DNA of 63,220 nt, the filler included, from Sphacelaria rigidula (Eukaryota): assembly GCA_964200075.2 (NCBI GenBank). It is 5 parts of 5 records of this genome, joined end to end, with 100 filler letters (N's around TTAATTAATTAA, not from the genome) between each part and the next. Parts side by side here need not be neighbours in the genome. Positions count along the whole stretch, not along the records: positions 12,668 to 25,232 come from CAXNAA020003621.1; positions 25,333 to 37,896 come from CAXNAA020003622.1; 3 more parts are not named here. The stretch is one strand, 5' to 3'. Under the pieces are notes generated by a model, which saw nothing but the letters and a program-made list of their open reading frames with translations, did no database searches and was not told the DNA's origin. Positions within the stretch are counted from its first letter, which is position 1. The number at the start of each line of letters is the position of its first letter. A program made the position numbers and the translations under genes. Positions 13,511-26,279 of this stretch are shown in pieces.

Positions 13511-16250
13511 ATGCACACGTACAGCGTCAGGATGATGACGGTGTTGTTGCAACTGTAGATGTAGACACAGATGTCAGACTTTATCGTCACGAATCCGATT
13601 TCCACCAGGCCGGGGTCGATGTTTTTCCACCAGTTGTGGGGGCCTTGAGCTAACCCGTAAAGGCTTCTCTCCAGCTTCATCACGGAAGGATCTCCGTTCT
13701 CGTTCGAGGCTTCAAGTCCTGGGGCCATTTTCACGTATACCTCCTCGTCGACATCTGCGTGCAGAAAAGCAGTCTGAACGTACAATTGATTTATTCCCCA
13801 GTATTTCTCCGCTGCGAAGGCAAGAACCATGCTGATGCTTTGTAGCCTGCACACTGGAGCATAGGTGCCGCCGCAATCTCTGCCTGGCATTTGGTTCCAA
13901 CCCTGAGCAACCAGGTGCCCTTTGTGGGTAGATGCAATTTCCCGAAGGAACACTTGAACGTGTTCCAAGAGAAAATACCTTGAGGTCTCGGAGACTCACC
14001 ATTTCCTTCTCGGATGTCTCTTTCCACTTGTGGGCTTCCGGTAAATCCATGGCCTCCTTTAGGGTGTTGGGGATGATCTGGATGTTCCCCTCGTCCGAAC
14101 GACGGTTGAGTTGGGTGCTGGTTGCCGCATATGCATATTCGACAAAATTTGCGAAAGCATCCCGATGGGCAACGTCCGGAAAATCTACCTTCATGTGGTA
14201 CGCCAAATGACGGAGTTCCCGAGCAGTTCTCGCGTTAGGTGGGGCATCTCTGCCAGGCGCGTCAGTGATCCCTCCCGAAGCAGACGGGATCAATCCCCCT
14301 GAAGAGGGTGGAGAACTCATGGGAGAAGCAGTAATCGGAGGAATTAGCGGTGACAGTGAGCTCGCAGTTGAGATCACGGTTAGTTGTCTCGCGGATCAGA
14401 CATGGGAGCTCGAGCACCGATTTATCTGCAGTCTCGTGCTGGTTAGGTTTGGAGCTGAGATCAAGACGCGAAGTGTAATGACGCACGTCCCTCACAAGAT
14501 CGTCTTGGTCGGTGTAGGTGAACTTGCTCTCGTCAAAACCATACTCACTCACCAAGTCAGGCTCAGGCGCGGCGGATGGTGTCTCGATGAAGATCACGTT
14601 GCGGCTCTCTCGCATATTGCGTTTCTCGGAGTTGTAGATGCAAAATGACTTGCTGTCCATGCTGTACCCGACGAGGCGGTATTCCCAGGCTCGAGGCTGC
14701 AGCTTCCTCGTGTGCGTTTCAATGTGCACAAACGCTCTGGCCCCGATGATCCGAAGGTGTTCAAGATTCGCCTCTTTGCCGTAGAAGGTTGCGTACGGCG
14801 TTGCGTTGTCTAAGGCCGCGTGCGGTGATCGATTGCAGTGGTAAGCAGCCGTGTGCATGAGCTCCCCCCGAAGAAAATGCGGTAGACTGGAATCCGAGAG
14901 CAAGTAGCGTAAAACTCCAGCTTGTGTCCTCCCGGCCCGCTCGTTAGCTTCAGGACGTTTGTTTCAGTCGCCGTGGGTTGCGCGGGAGCCGCTACCGTCA
15001 CAGCCTCAGACGCCCCGACGGCGGCGTAAGAAAATCCAAACGTGGCCTGGGTAGACCCGTCCTCCTGGGTGAGGTGGGCACTCCCGATGTGCGCGACATG
15101 AGCGACTGCTCCGCCTTGAGTGCCTGCTGCTTCATGCACTCGGCGTCGCTGTGCGTTTTCGTTTTATGGAAGGAGCACCACTTGAGCCAAGGATCCCCAT
15201 CCCCGCCTTTCTCCCATTTAATTTGCTGCTTTTGGCCTTCTTGCCGCGAGATGGTTGCGCTGGACGTTGGGGGCAGTCCCTTTTGTAGTGACCGAACTGC
15301 TGGCAGTGGTGGCATTGGACGTTGGTTAATGCCGCTGAAATCGCTACCCCACATCTCGAGATGGAAGGCGACGTCGACTTCCGAGACAGCTCGTCTAAAT
15401 ACATATTGGTGATCGTGGACCTATTTTTGGCGAGACCGAAGTTGCGATCGCGGTGACTCGTTTGCCGTACGAAGTCGTACGCCGGTGGGAGAGCCCTGAG
15501 AATGATATCCTCGAAAGTCTCGTCCGGGATGATCTCGCCCATGTCCTGTACCCGAAGCCGGGCTTCGTCCAACTTGGCGAAAAAATTGGCAGGGTTGTCA
15601 CCTTGCTGCATCACCGAATTATGGAGCCGCTCTTGGCACGCGCGCCGGGCCTCCTTGGTGTTACCGTTAAAGCGACTGGCGAGGGCCGCCCGCGCCGCTG
15701 CCCCGTCACCAAGGGCATATTCTACGCTGCTCTCGTGCTTCTTAACCCTTCTGGAACCGTTGATCGAAAAGTGACGATTTACAAGCTCCCATATGCGAGC
15801 TTTCGTCACCGGGAAACCGTCACTTTAAACTCGGTGCACGCATTTGTCCCATTAGTATACTTGAACTTAGTGTGATGCGCCGTTTGGTGGGCTGCATCAT
15901 CAACAGTTGCAGAAAAAACAACCATATCGTGCCCAAGAAAACGTCAAATGTGAATCGTCACTTTTCCATCAAGGGTTCCAAAAGGGTTAACCGTGACGTG
16001 GACCGATCCGGTCGTGGCGAAGAACAGGATGGAAAATAGATAGCCATTTACCTATGTCCACCCCGTAATAGAATCGGCAGTTGGGAGGAACGAGTCCGAC
16101 CAATCTGGGCATGGGAACCCGTCCAGGACACGCAGCATATCCGTGGAATGGAGCCGCCCCTTGGAGCTCCATTCGCGATACCCCGCACCAGGGAACAGGA
16201 TATTGTTTTCAGGGTGTTTTGCAGCGTAGACGAATTCGCCATCGTGATGC
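13511..16250 (-). mobile_element. Degenerate, internally deleted Ty1/copia retrotransposon (gag, integrase C-part, RT N-part)
   Basis: Gag GDGAAARAAL..F..NTKEARRAC with CHHCQQFGHYKRDC knuckle; integrase SSLPHFLRGELMHTAAYHCNRSPH..LVGYS..ESRNVIFIE; RT LVAQGWNQMPGRD..TYAPV..VQTAFLHADVDEEVYVKM..LERSLYGLAQ. Integrase-before-RT order is Copia; frameshifts present; no protease seen. Confidence 0.95.
15746..15986. mobile_element. piggyBac-like MITE (241 bp) inserted in Copia gag
   Basis: TTAA on both sides (15742-15745, 15987-15990); ~38-bp TIRs CCCTTCTGGAACCGTTGATCGAAAAGTGACGATTTACA / TGTGAATCGTCACTTTTCCATCAAGGGTTCCAAAAGGG; removal restores gag ..FSILFFATTGSVHVTV|KKHE.. Confidence 0.9.
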
Positions 16251-19200
16251 AATCCGCCCCACATCCTACAGAACCTGAGGGGGGTACGAGCGACTCGAGA
16301 GTAAGACAGTTCGACCCGCGCTACCAACACTCCTGGGGTCCTGTGCTACGCGCTAGGTGCGCAGACAAACTCTAGACACGGCTGAAACACCCCGAGAACG
16401 CTAGAGCTCGACGCGCAAAATGGTGCTGTCCAGGTTTCCTTGCTAGACGGGGCTTGTAGGTTTGAGGAGGTAGTAGCTCGTGATAAGCTCACTACCCTTT
16501 TCTGGTGTTCACTGTCTTCTGAGTGCACTACCCAGACTAGCTGTATGCCAAGAACGCACAGGCTGGACCGACTGCGGGGAGCGAATCCACAGCCCAGTGA
16601 CCCAAGGAGGCTCAAATCCTGTCACATCTTGCAGCCACACGGGTTAGATGCGTTGCTTAGACTTGCTACACGTATTACCGTGCAGGCTGAGTCGGTTGCA
16701 GCAATGGATGCTCACAGGCCAAGTCTGATCCACGGGAACAATCGTACGACATGCCCTTACATACTTTTGACAGACTTTGCTGCGCAGCAAACGCGCAGAC
16801 TCTCGGTCGTGGGAAGATCGTGTGATATCCCGTTGATTGAAGTAAAGCATGCGTCGAGCACAAATGGTTGGTGCGTGAAAACAAACAAACAATGTGCACA
16901 GCTCTATGCGCCGTCCGGAACCGACGACTAGACACCATGCCCCTGAATGCTCTACACACCAGTGACGGAACCGCACCGATTGTGCAGCCTTGAACTCCAG
17001 GTGATGAGTCCGGGTCCAAAAAGCAAGCAGGTTGACTCGATGTAGACCTCCTGTTAAAGGCCCAATCTCCGAAATATCCGATCTCCGAAAGAATCCAATC
17101 TCCGAAAGAATCCAATCTCCAATAAACAGCAGTTCGAAAGTTGAGACCCGTCGTGGATCGCGATCCGGGATTGCTGAAGACGTCGCTTCCCGAAGTATGC
17201 TGGCGCCACGCGAGATGCTTGACCCTTTTGGGACTGGGCCTCCAGAACGACCAATGAGGCTGGTCGAGAATGGCGTTCCTGCATATGCATGAAACAATGG
17301 CTTCGTGTTGCTAAATATCCATCTATGTATGTAACCGCAGGGTCAGAAGAAGACCGAAAGTTTCATCCAATCTATTTTAAGGTGCAGGTACAAACTGTAC
17401 TGTAAGTCGGGTGTTGTGCACATCAGGTAATGTACAGATGTATCAAGCAGTATGAGTCGCCGTGGAGAGCTTCCAACAGGATATGGCGACCACCGCCCAC
17501 CACTTGTGGCCTTGGATATTGTTCCCATCACCTTGCCACACAGCCCTTTGTGGTCGGGGTGGGCCGCGATTCCCCTCTTCGTTGCAAGAGGCAAATTCTC
17601 TTCGAACGGCATGGGCGTTGCGCCGTACATACAGTACAGTACGGCTCTTCGAATGCAGCAGAAGCTGCCGCTGCATACTCCCTTACACGTTTTGGGCAGT
17701 TCTCCGCGACGGAGATTAGCTGCCTATGCACAGCTTGTTCGTTCCCGTCGATTACATACGACCTCATCGCCGCTTGTACCGCCTCGACAGAGAGATACAC
17801 AGAATTCAGGCCTCCAGAACTCAGGCCTCCAGCTCCGTCTCTCACCCCACAGCGTTGCTAGATTCAGTCGCCTTGTGAAGATGATCACATATATATATAT
17901 ATATATATTAGGGTACATTTATTCCCGAATTTCTCCCGAGCACCCTGTGTTGGTGTTATCAACTAGATTTCACTCTAGGATGGTGACCCCGAAAAATCGG
18001 GGGAGTAGAGGTCGGACCTACATAAAATGCAAGTAAATGATGAAAAAAATTGAGAAACCGAGCGCTGACCACCACGGATTTCTTTTGCTTCTAAGGCAGT
18101 TTCGTGGGCCAGGGACAGGGTACACCAACTTGGTCGTGATATCACTCCCGACGACAGCCCCCCCCCACTGGTCGTTCGGAACTGGTCGATAAATTCCGCC
18201 TCGCCGTGGTTGGGCAGATCGCTCCCAGACTTGTTTATTATTATTTTTCTATTAATAATACATGGTGGACCCCTTGTTACAGAAGATCAGTCCCAAAAGG
18301 GTTGAAAGGGTCATGACGTATATGGGAATTGTGATGTGTTCCCACGCAGAGACAGTGGCAGAGGCTGACGCCTACCGACGTTAGTCGATGTGATAGCTCA
18401 GAGAGCTTGTAGCAGAAGAAAGACGACAGTATTTCAGTGCAGATTAAGATGCTTCGATGTTGTAGATACGGCACTTTCGGCCAACACGGCCAGAAACAAA
18501 CAGATAGACTGGTGGTAGTCTGGGCAGAACGGTGACAGTACCGAGGATATAGCGGATAGCTATAGTACCTGGAATACCTAGAGAGATCACAAGAGTGAGA
18601 TCTAAGTACTCGTCGAGAACCAGTGTTCTACATGTAAACATATATACCTTCATCCTCGAGCGCTCAGCGTGCGTCATTGAGCACCCGTGCGCTCTCAGCG
18701 CCTTAGAGCTGTTTTTCTGTGATTTCTCCGCCGCTCGGCCTCGTTTCGACGCGAGGCTTGCGCGCAGCGATAGCCCTCAGTCGCGAGGGCCTTGCCCGCG
18801 TGCGGACCGCCCTAGCCGCGGCCGTCGCGCAGCGCTAGTTAGCGGGGTGGCAACGTCGCCTCTCCGCGGTCTCCCACACGCACCCCAATCACAGCCCTGT
18901 TTCTTGACAACGACCAGTCAGTCTGTTGGGATCCTCCTACAGTTCCGCGGTCACGCTCTTTTTTTTTTCTCTTCCTGGTTCTCGACCGTCATGACTACCG
19001 CGTGACAGCGTGCGTCCATCGTCGCATCACCGGTCGCACGAGTCGTATTGCTGCACTAGTCTGCTGTCTGTCGTTGCTTGCTTCCAGTTTTTTTTTTTTC
19101 GTTTTTAATGGCCGGGGGAGATACGGCGAAAATGGGGCATTTCTCATTTTTTTTCCCCCGCCGTCTCGATACCTGACTACTTTGGTTCGGAGGATAGCTC

Positions 19201-20835
19201 CTCTAACCTAACACTTTCTATCCTCTGAACCAAAGTAAGTTGTTAGGTTAGGTTGGAGGGGCTTTTTTCTGAACCAAAGTAGTCAGCGCTGACTACTTCG
19301 GTTCAGAGGACCTAACAAAATTGTTAGGTCATAGAGGAGAAAAGAGGAGTGATGTATATATTGGGTCAGGCCACTATGTAGTAGTAGCAGGTGGCCTACG
19401 TTGTCATAGAGTAGCAACATCTACAGTAATGAAACAATGAATCAATGCCAGCTTCGACGAGCGGAACAAAGTTTCCATTTTGCATCAATACCAACCAACT
19501 TTCCAATTTTGTCATTCTGCGGCCCCGACCACGCACACATGCGTCTACTTCTCCGGTGCTACTCCTGCAACTGCGTCAACAACAGTTGCTTTATATCACA
19601 CATGGTTAATTCCACGAATCACCACCTACAAGACGCTAAATTGCAAATACCTCTACAGCACTTGGCATCGCATGCAGCCTTTGAGCGAAGCGGCGAGCCG
19701 CCTAAGCGGCCCGCCGCGAAGCGCCCTTGTATTAACAATGATCCCTCCGCATACGTTACATGCCAACCGACACTGATCACACCGACTACACATGGTTCCA
19801 CTACATGAACTACATATAACAGTGCTATTGGTCATTGATCATGGACATATAGAAGATGTGTAGACATTCCCATAACAGAGCACAAGCCGTCAGCACAGCT
19901 GCTGCTGCACGACACAAGATAGTCTGTAGTACACGATAACCCAGGATTGTCCTCCAAGTATACACCCACCCCCATCTGCACCCATACCGCGTTGCACACA
20001 CTATACAGTAGCATCCCTTTGTTTCAGATTTCCCCGGTCGTTTGTTGTCGCCATGTCGTCGGCGGTTCCTTTCCATCTCTGCACATATGATGTGAAATAT
20101 GATATACACAACAGTATGTGCGTGCCCTTGGAATATATATGATTTCTACAGCAATACTGTCCTTGCCGTCAAGATCCAGGATTACCTCCAGCAAGCTGGG
20201 GTAATGTGCCAAGCTCCACATGACTAGCAGCACGAGCAGCGCGTTTTTTTTATGAGCGCAGCAAACATCATTAATGTAGACCGAAACTGGCTGTTGGGTG
20301 CTGCAAGTGGAGAGAGAGCGTAACAGGGCCCTACTCGACTTTTTCACGTGTGATAATAAGCCACAACGTGTACAACAGAGCGTGTGCTTGGGGCAAACTT
20401 TAAGCTCGGGGACGGGCGTGTTTGCTCATCTGATCATCGTTACAATCCGTTGTGCATACAGTAGTACAACACGGGTGTTGCGATTTTGCCCGACCCTATG
20501 TGCTCCTTTTTGTGTAGGAACGTGACGTGCTGTACTAAAGAACTCCAAGACTCAGGACTGATAATTTGAGGGACAAGATTTTCACACTACGGCTGATAAT
20601 CTACGATATCAATACAGTTTGGCGCACTTTACCAAAAGCGTGCTGTGATCGGACGAACTTGATCCGATGGCACAGGGTCAGCATTTTTTGTAAGCGCCTG
20701 ACTTGAGCTTGTCGATTTTTCGATGCCCTGCCTCCGTATCATAATTGCGGTTGATCTTGTTCGTGTCCATCTTTTCTCATTTCTCGGATCTTGAGATAAC
20801 GAGTCTTCTGATCCGGGGATGGGAGGGAAGGGTTC

Positions 20836-21187
20836 CAACGTTGTGCCCCGTAGGGTAAGGGTTTTTGGATACCCGACGTATTTACACGGGTATTACTCGT
20901 ACCCGGCAGTTCTAGGGGTTCTAAGAGTGTTGAGAGCCTGCCGTACCGGTACCCGAAATATCTGCAAGATCTATACGAAATATCTTACCCTTACCCGGGG
21001 TACGGGTACACCCTCATAGAAATACCTGGTTGGGGGTAAAGGTTCCTATACAGCCTCAACACTGCACCCGACAGGTTCTGTAAGTTCTGAGATTTCCAAA
21101 CCGGTACCCGACAATTCCGTGAGTTAGGTAAGAAATCTCATGCTGTATCCTACCGAACATACCCGTGCTCTACAGAACACAGCGTTG
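20836..21187. mobile_element. hAT-like MITE with TACCCG/GTTCTG subterminal repeats
   Basis: TIR CAACGTTGTG/CACAGCGTTG; 8-bp flanks AAGGGTTC/GAGGGTTC; relatives at 46346-48970 (split by the TA element) and 49611-50105. Confidence 0.8.
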
Positions 21188-21773
21188 GAGGGTTCCAAAA
21201 CTGTTGACTATTTCAGCTCGAAACCTGGTTTCAGTACAACGCATCTAGTTTGACAGTCCCGCAGAACAGGTTCTCGGAGGGCGCGCTATCGCGAGTGTTG
21301 GGGTGGTATGGAGACCATACGAAATCAAAATCATTACAGATGGACCGTTTCCTTTCTCTGAGGCTCGATAAAGCTGGGCCCTCGGGTCATATATCAAGTC
21401 TAGCAAAGATTTTGTCGTGTTTTAACGTTCGAACACCACATTTATCTATCAGCGGTGCCGGATGCCAGCGCAGCGGTGGGTTTTTGTGCAGGTGCATGAC
21501 GTGGTGCGTAGAGGTATAATCCCTTGATTTGAATTAATTCATTATTTTGCCTACTGATTCACGTTCTGGACGACGGAAACAAGAGGAAAGAGTGCTCTAA
21601 TGGCGGGCTTCGAACCACCACAATCCGTCGAATCAATGGTTGACGTGCCGATTTCACCACCCGGTTGCGGCGGATGCACAAGCTTGCGCACCGTCATTTC
21701 ACGACAATATTGTTTGATTCGTCTTCGCGTGCGAATCTCACGCACACCTTTCGGTTATCTTTTTTTTCGCCAG

Positions 21774-21959
21774 ATTTTCTCTTTGGCGCCGATGATGGAG
21801 TACACCGACAGGCACATGCGTTTCTTGCTGCGCCTTTTGACGACAAGGACGGTGCTCTGGACGGAGATGGTACCGTCAACCACAATCGCACACAACGCCG
21901 ATAGCCTCGCTCGATTTTTGGATTACAATGACGAAGTCGAGCATCCCGTCGTTCTACAG
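21774..21959 (+). CDS. dusA: DusA-type tRNA-dihydrouridine synthase, first visible exon (N-terminal exon not identified)
   Basis: IFSLAPMMEYTDRHMRFLLRLL..LWTEMV..EHPVVLQ (Dus APM and TEM motifs); polypyrimidine CAG acceptor at 21771-21773, GTACGT donor at 21960; 62 codons, phase 0-0. Confidence 0.95.
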
Positions 21960-22709
21960 GTACGTTCCCTCATGGTTTTTGTCGTTGAATACCCCCCCCG
22001 TTCTTTCTTGCGATTGAATGCTTCGGCTGTACAGCCTTACATGTATACACGCACAGCGAGGTTTGCTAGAGATATGTTTTGCGACGTGGAATGGTGTCTC
22101 CTGTGCCGCAATGCGTCTAAAACCGAGAATCAATTGTTTTGTGGTGGAACTGCATATACCACCCTCAGCCGTGGGGGCGATAACAGACGCAAGAATCCGT
22201 AGGACACGACTGTTTCCGTGTGTGGAGGGAGAGATAAATACAGATCAAGGCTAAGGAGTGACTCTAGTTGGCCGCGACTCTCCTTGGAGCATGACGATAC
22301 TCTGGTGACGGAATAGGCAATGACCCCGAGGTGGATGGAACGTTTGTTCCAGAGAATCGTTCCTGAATTCATGTGGGGCAGACACTATCTCGATGCATTT
22401 GCGTCGAGGCGTGCTGGGACATGAATATACCGCGATCCTCCCATTTTATCCATCACAGAAGAGGAGGAGGAGCTGCTCACTTGCGTACTTGTTCCCTGGA
22501 CATCGAACGCCACACAAGCGGCACAAGCGGCACAAGCGGCGACCGTATGTATCGTCGTGTCGTGATGATAGCTAGGGAAGGAGAGGGAAGGAGAGGGAAG
22601 GAGTGTCAGACCTCACATTTCAAGCTCCAATTACGCTAGAATTGCTGGATAAGGTGTGCTGCAACAGAGTAAACTTGTTCGCCTCGAGCTTGAAGTCTCC
22701 CACCCCCCC

Positions 22710-23245
22710 AGCCTAGTCCGGCGAAAACCCGGCGTGCTCCGTCCCGGCTATGTAGGGGCGGACCCCCTATGAGGTTGGCGTCCGTTGGCAGTGACGCTGT
22801 AAAACACGCCACTCAATGCGTAAACTAGGCAACCACGTCACCGTCTGTTCTTCACCTTTTGTTTTTTCTGCTGTAACCATGATGGAGGTCCTCTGAGATG
22901 ATATTGTTCGGGGGTGGGAAAACCTCGATTCCGGGCAAAGGAGATGATCATACTGCGTAGTGTTTAAATGGTGAGACAACGATGAGGCAGTGTGGAACCC
23001 CGTGGCTGTCTCTGGAAGTGGCGATAACAGAAAATAAGCAACTCATCGAAGGCTGTCATACATATGCAAGATGATCAGTACCCTTCGGACCGAACAATCT
23101 TAGCAGGATGCAGCTCACCCTTCATGCTACTCGCCGAACACATCACGGCGCTTCGCGCTTGGTGATTGTGTGCGAGCCTGGTCCGGCGAAAACCCGGCGT
23201 GCTCTGTCCCGACTGCGTCGAGATTGGAGGCCATGAGCATCCCCC
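22710..23245 (+). repeat. Dispersed ~500-nt repeat family B, structured-RNA-like, in a dusA intron
   Basis: Homologous to 59875-60390 (+, C2CD5 intron) and 37997-38250 (-); 40-nt direct repeat at both ends of this copy (22710-22749, 23175-23214). Confidence 0.88.
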
Positions 23246-23396
23246 ATCTTCCTTGGAGTAGATCTTACTTTTATTGTTAACCTATAGGGCGGATTTTAGT
23301 CCCTGAGTATACCGCAACGTGTCACTAAAAATCGTTGAAAGTTGGATATTCACGCCACAACCCACCCCCGCGGCTTCTCGCCGCCGAATGCAACAG

Positions 23397-23672
23397 GTCG
23401 GTGGATCGGACACGGGATACTTGAAGGAATCCTGCCGCCTCGCGCGCCCCTTCAATTACGACGCAATCAACCTCAACTGCGGCTGTCCCAGTGACAAAGT
23501 AGCGGGTAAGGGTGCGTTCGGCGCAGCATTAATGCGCACGCCCAGCTTGGTGTCGGAACTGTGTCTGGCTATGAATGAAGGCGCGGGAGGGGACACGCCG
23601 ATAACCGTGAAGTGCAGGATAGGCGTGGATGATGACGATTCGTACGAGCAACTCGCAGCGTTCATCCACGAG
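23397..23672 (+). CDS. dusA: DusA-type tRNA-dihydrouridine synthase, second visible exon with catalytic Cys
   Basis: VGGSD..YDAINLNCGCPSDKV..GAFGAALM..PITVKCRIGVDDDDSYEQL; CAG acceptor, GTGTGC donor; 92 codons, in phase with both neighbouring exons. Confidence 0.96.
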
Positions 23673-24492
23673 GTGTGCGCAGCAGTGAATACGTGATGAT
23701 AGCGGCGTCAGAGAAGTCGAGATTAGTCAAGAGGGGGCGTTTTTTGTTTGCCACAACTATTTGGTTTAATAACGTTTTGCTACTGTATGCGCGACAACCC
23801 CCACAATAAGTCGGGTGAAATTAGCTCGTTACCATTCCACCCTACTCCGACTTCACCGCTGTTTGTGCGTGGTGCATCGCGAATAACCCTGACCAACACC
23901 CTGAAAACAGGGGGAAGTGGAGGAAGACCATACTGGTTTGAGGGCCGGACGACCAAGATGTTAATTTTTGAAATTCCTGAAATAGGCGAACGTGACTATT
24001 TGACTTGAGCCGGATCTCTTTCCTACTTGCTCCCACCTCCGTGTGGTTAAAATGAAAATATGGGTAGAGAAGAGTCTGATACGGGTATGGGGTCTCCTTA
24101 GTCCGGGTACCGTGGAATGTGCAGTACTTTCAAACTCGATGCAACCAGGTACTACGAAATATCAAGTATTTTTACCACTCTATACGCTAGGTACCCATCG
24201 TATGGTACTCGGTATCGCAAACACGCTCCGAACGCAGGGTACTCAGGGTGCAAGATCACACTCTGACCACCTTGGTAAAGAGAGCCCCCCCCCCCCCCCC
24301 CCCCCCCCCCCCGTCCCAGCCCGCGGCCTGTCACCATCCTGATCCCTTCATAACCCCGGTCCTCTTTTCTTCTTGTGTTCTGCATGTGGGATTGTTTCTA
24401 CTAGTACTATAATATACTAGTCATTGTCTTGATTTGAGTGACCCATGTGTTTAAACTGATGGAACGCAAAATCTACAACTCTGTTCTCGATG

Positions 24493-24529
<37 letters not shown>

Positions 24530-24633
24530 GGTTGCTGTTGCTGTGCTTGCTGTTGTTGTCGTTTCTGGTGCAATTCTGTTTCATTCACATGCCCTGCGTG
24601 CGTGACGAATCAAATCATCGTGTGCTGGAACAG

Positions 24634-24816
24634 GTGCATAGCCGAGGAGAAGTTGATCACTTCATTATCCACGCGCGCAAGGCCATACTAGGAGGCCTTA
24701 GCCCCGCGCAGAATAGAAGCATACCTCCGCTGCGATACGAGTACGTGTACCGACTCGTCAAAGACTTCCCAGACGTTGACTTCACGCTCAACGGGGGAGT
24801 CAATACTTATGAAGAG
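24634..24816 (+). CDS. dusA: DusA-type tRNA-dihydrouridine synthase, third visible exon; 3' exons lie beyond the scaffold end at 25232
   Basis: HFIIHARKAILGGLSPAQNRSIPPLRYEYVYRLVKDFP..LNGGV, the DusA subfamily signature; CAG acceptor, GTGGGC donor; 61 codons. Confidence 0.95.
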
Positions 24817-26279
24817 GTGGGCATCGCATTCCCTTGTCCCCCACATTTTTGTGAGTCGTCTGTGTGTCGGGAAGGGTTGAGGAATCAGCAGTAGGTGCTC
24901 CCTCTGCTCGCTCAGCGCACGCCGGAGCTTGGCTACCGCACTAGAACGTCTATAGCTCTCTGTGTCTGTGTGTGGATCCTGTTTCTTATTGCTTGTTCCC
25001 CGAGTGCAATCGTGGTTTGCACGGCGAAGGGCATCTGAAGAGTAGACAAGTGGAAGAGTGGAATATTGAAATACACCAGGTAAGCATGACATCTCGCAAC
25101 CACAAAGCGGCACAGATAGTCGCGCATCGCGCATGCCACCCAGCCATCGTCATCATCCTTCGCTCCCCCTCCCCCCGCCCCCTTGATGATCAAACGATAA
25201 AGGCAAGCAGCAAATGAGTACCCCCCCCTCCCNNNNNNNNNNNNNNNNNNNNNNNNNNNNNNNNNNNNNNNNNNNNTTAATTAATTAANNNNNNNNNNNN
25301 NNNNNNNNNNNNNNNNNNNNNNNNNNNNNNNNCCACCCTCGACTCAGAGGGACCTACGGTTTATACAGCATGACTTCTTGCGCGTCATGGCGAGTCGACT
25401 CGCATAAATCTTGTTTTGTCCTAATCGTGAAACGCTTTTCCCCATCTTAGAGTCATAGTGGAAGGGATAAAACCGGTAACGTTGCACTCCATGCTATGAA
25501 GTATTTTTTCTAGCGTTTGTTTCAGAGTGGGTATCGTTTGCACCTCTTCACTCTGAAAACCGTTGTTTCACTCCGTTGTTAATAGCGGAGCGAAGAAGAA
25601 CACGCCCACCTTCACCACCATGATCACAGCCAGTTCAAAATCAATATACCCTAACAAGCAAAGTGAGACACCCATCACCACTGTCGTGCTCGTCACAATG
25701 GACCATGCACGAAGTAGAAACGCTTCGCATCGCAATCAGAAAACCTCCCTGACGCTGCTACGGTATCAGCATTCGCTTGGTTGCCATGAGTGAACATTCA
25801 AATGCTCGGCGGATAAACGCCGTTGCCTTGGGTGCAGCTCCGCACTCTCGCCAGCTTCAGCTGTAAGAAGATGGTGTGAATGATTCGTAGTCTACACTAC
25901 ACAAGCAGTACTACACCTGACTACATCGCCATTCCGTTTGAGGTCATGACTTCTTGCGCCACCGTTACGGGTGGCATTTTGGGAAATATTTACGATGCGG
26001 CCTTGTCTGTTGTTTGTAAGTGCTGCGTACTGCGGTACTGTATTACTGTACGACTGTACGGTATCGCTGTAGTTCACCGTGCCGCAATGTACGGTTGTAG
26101 TGTTCTGCATTGCTCTCTGTACTGCACTGGCTGTAATCTACACTGCGCAGCACTACAGTGCCGCATGGTGCGCCGTGGTGGGTTGAAGTACTACAGGTGC
26201 AATGAAGCGTAGTGTAGGGTATGTACGGTGCCGTAGGGTATGGTACAGTCAATGCTGTGCTGATCGGTGCATTTTCGGA

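Noticed and set aside
18275..18640. TGTTACA..TGTAAACA segment as a solo LTR
   Set aside because: No matching TSD and no second copy in the window.
23175..23214. Family B terminal module as a bona fide group II intron D5, twister ribozyme or RNase P CR-V
   Set aside because: Only partial resemblance and the full consensus elements are not met; kept only as an untested hypothesis in findings.
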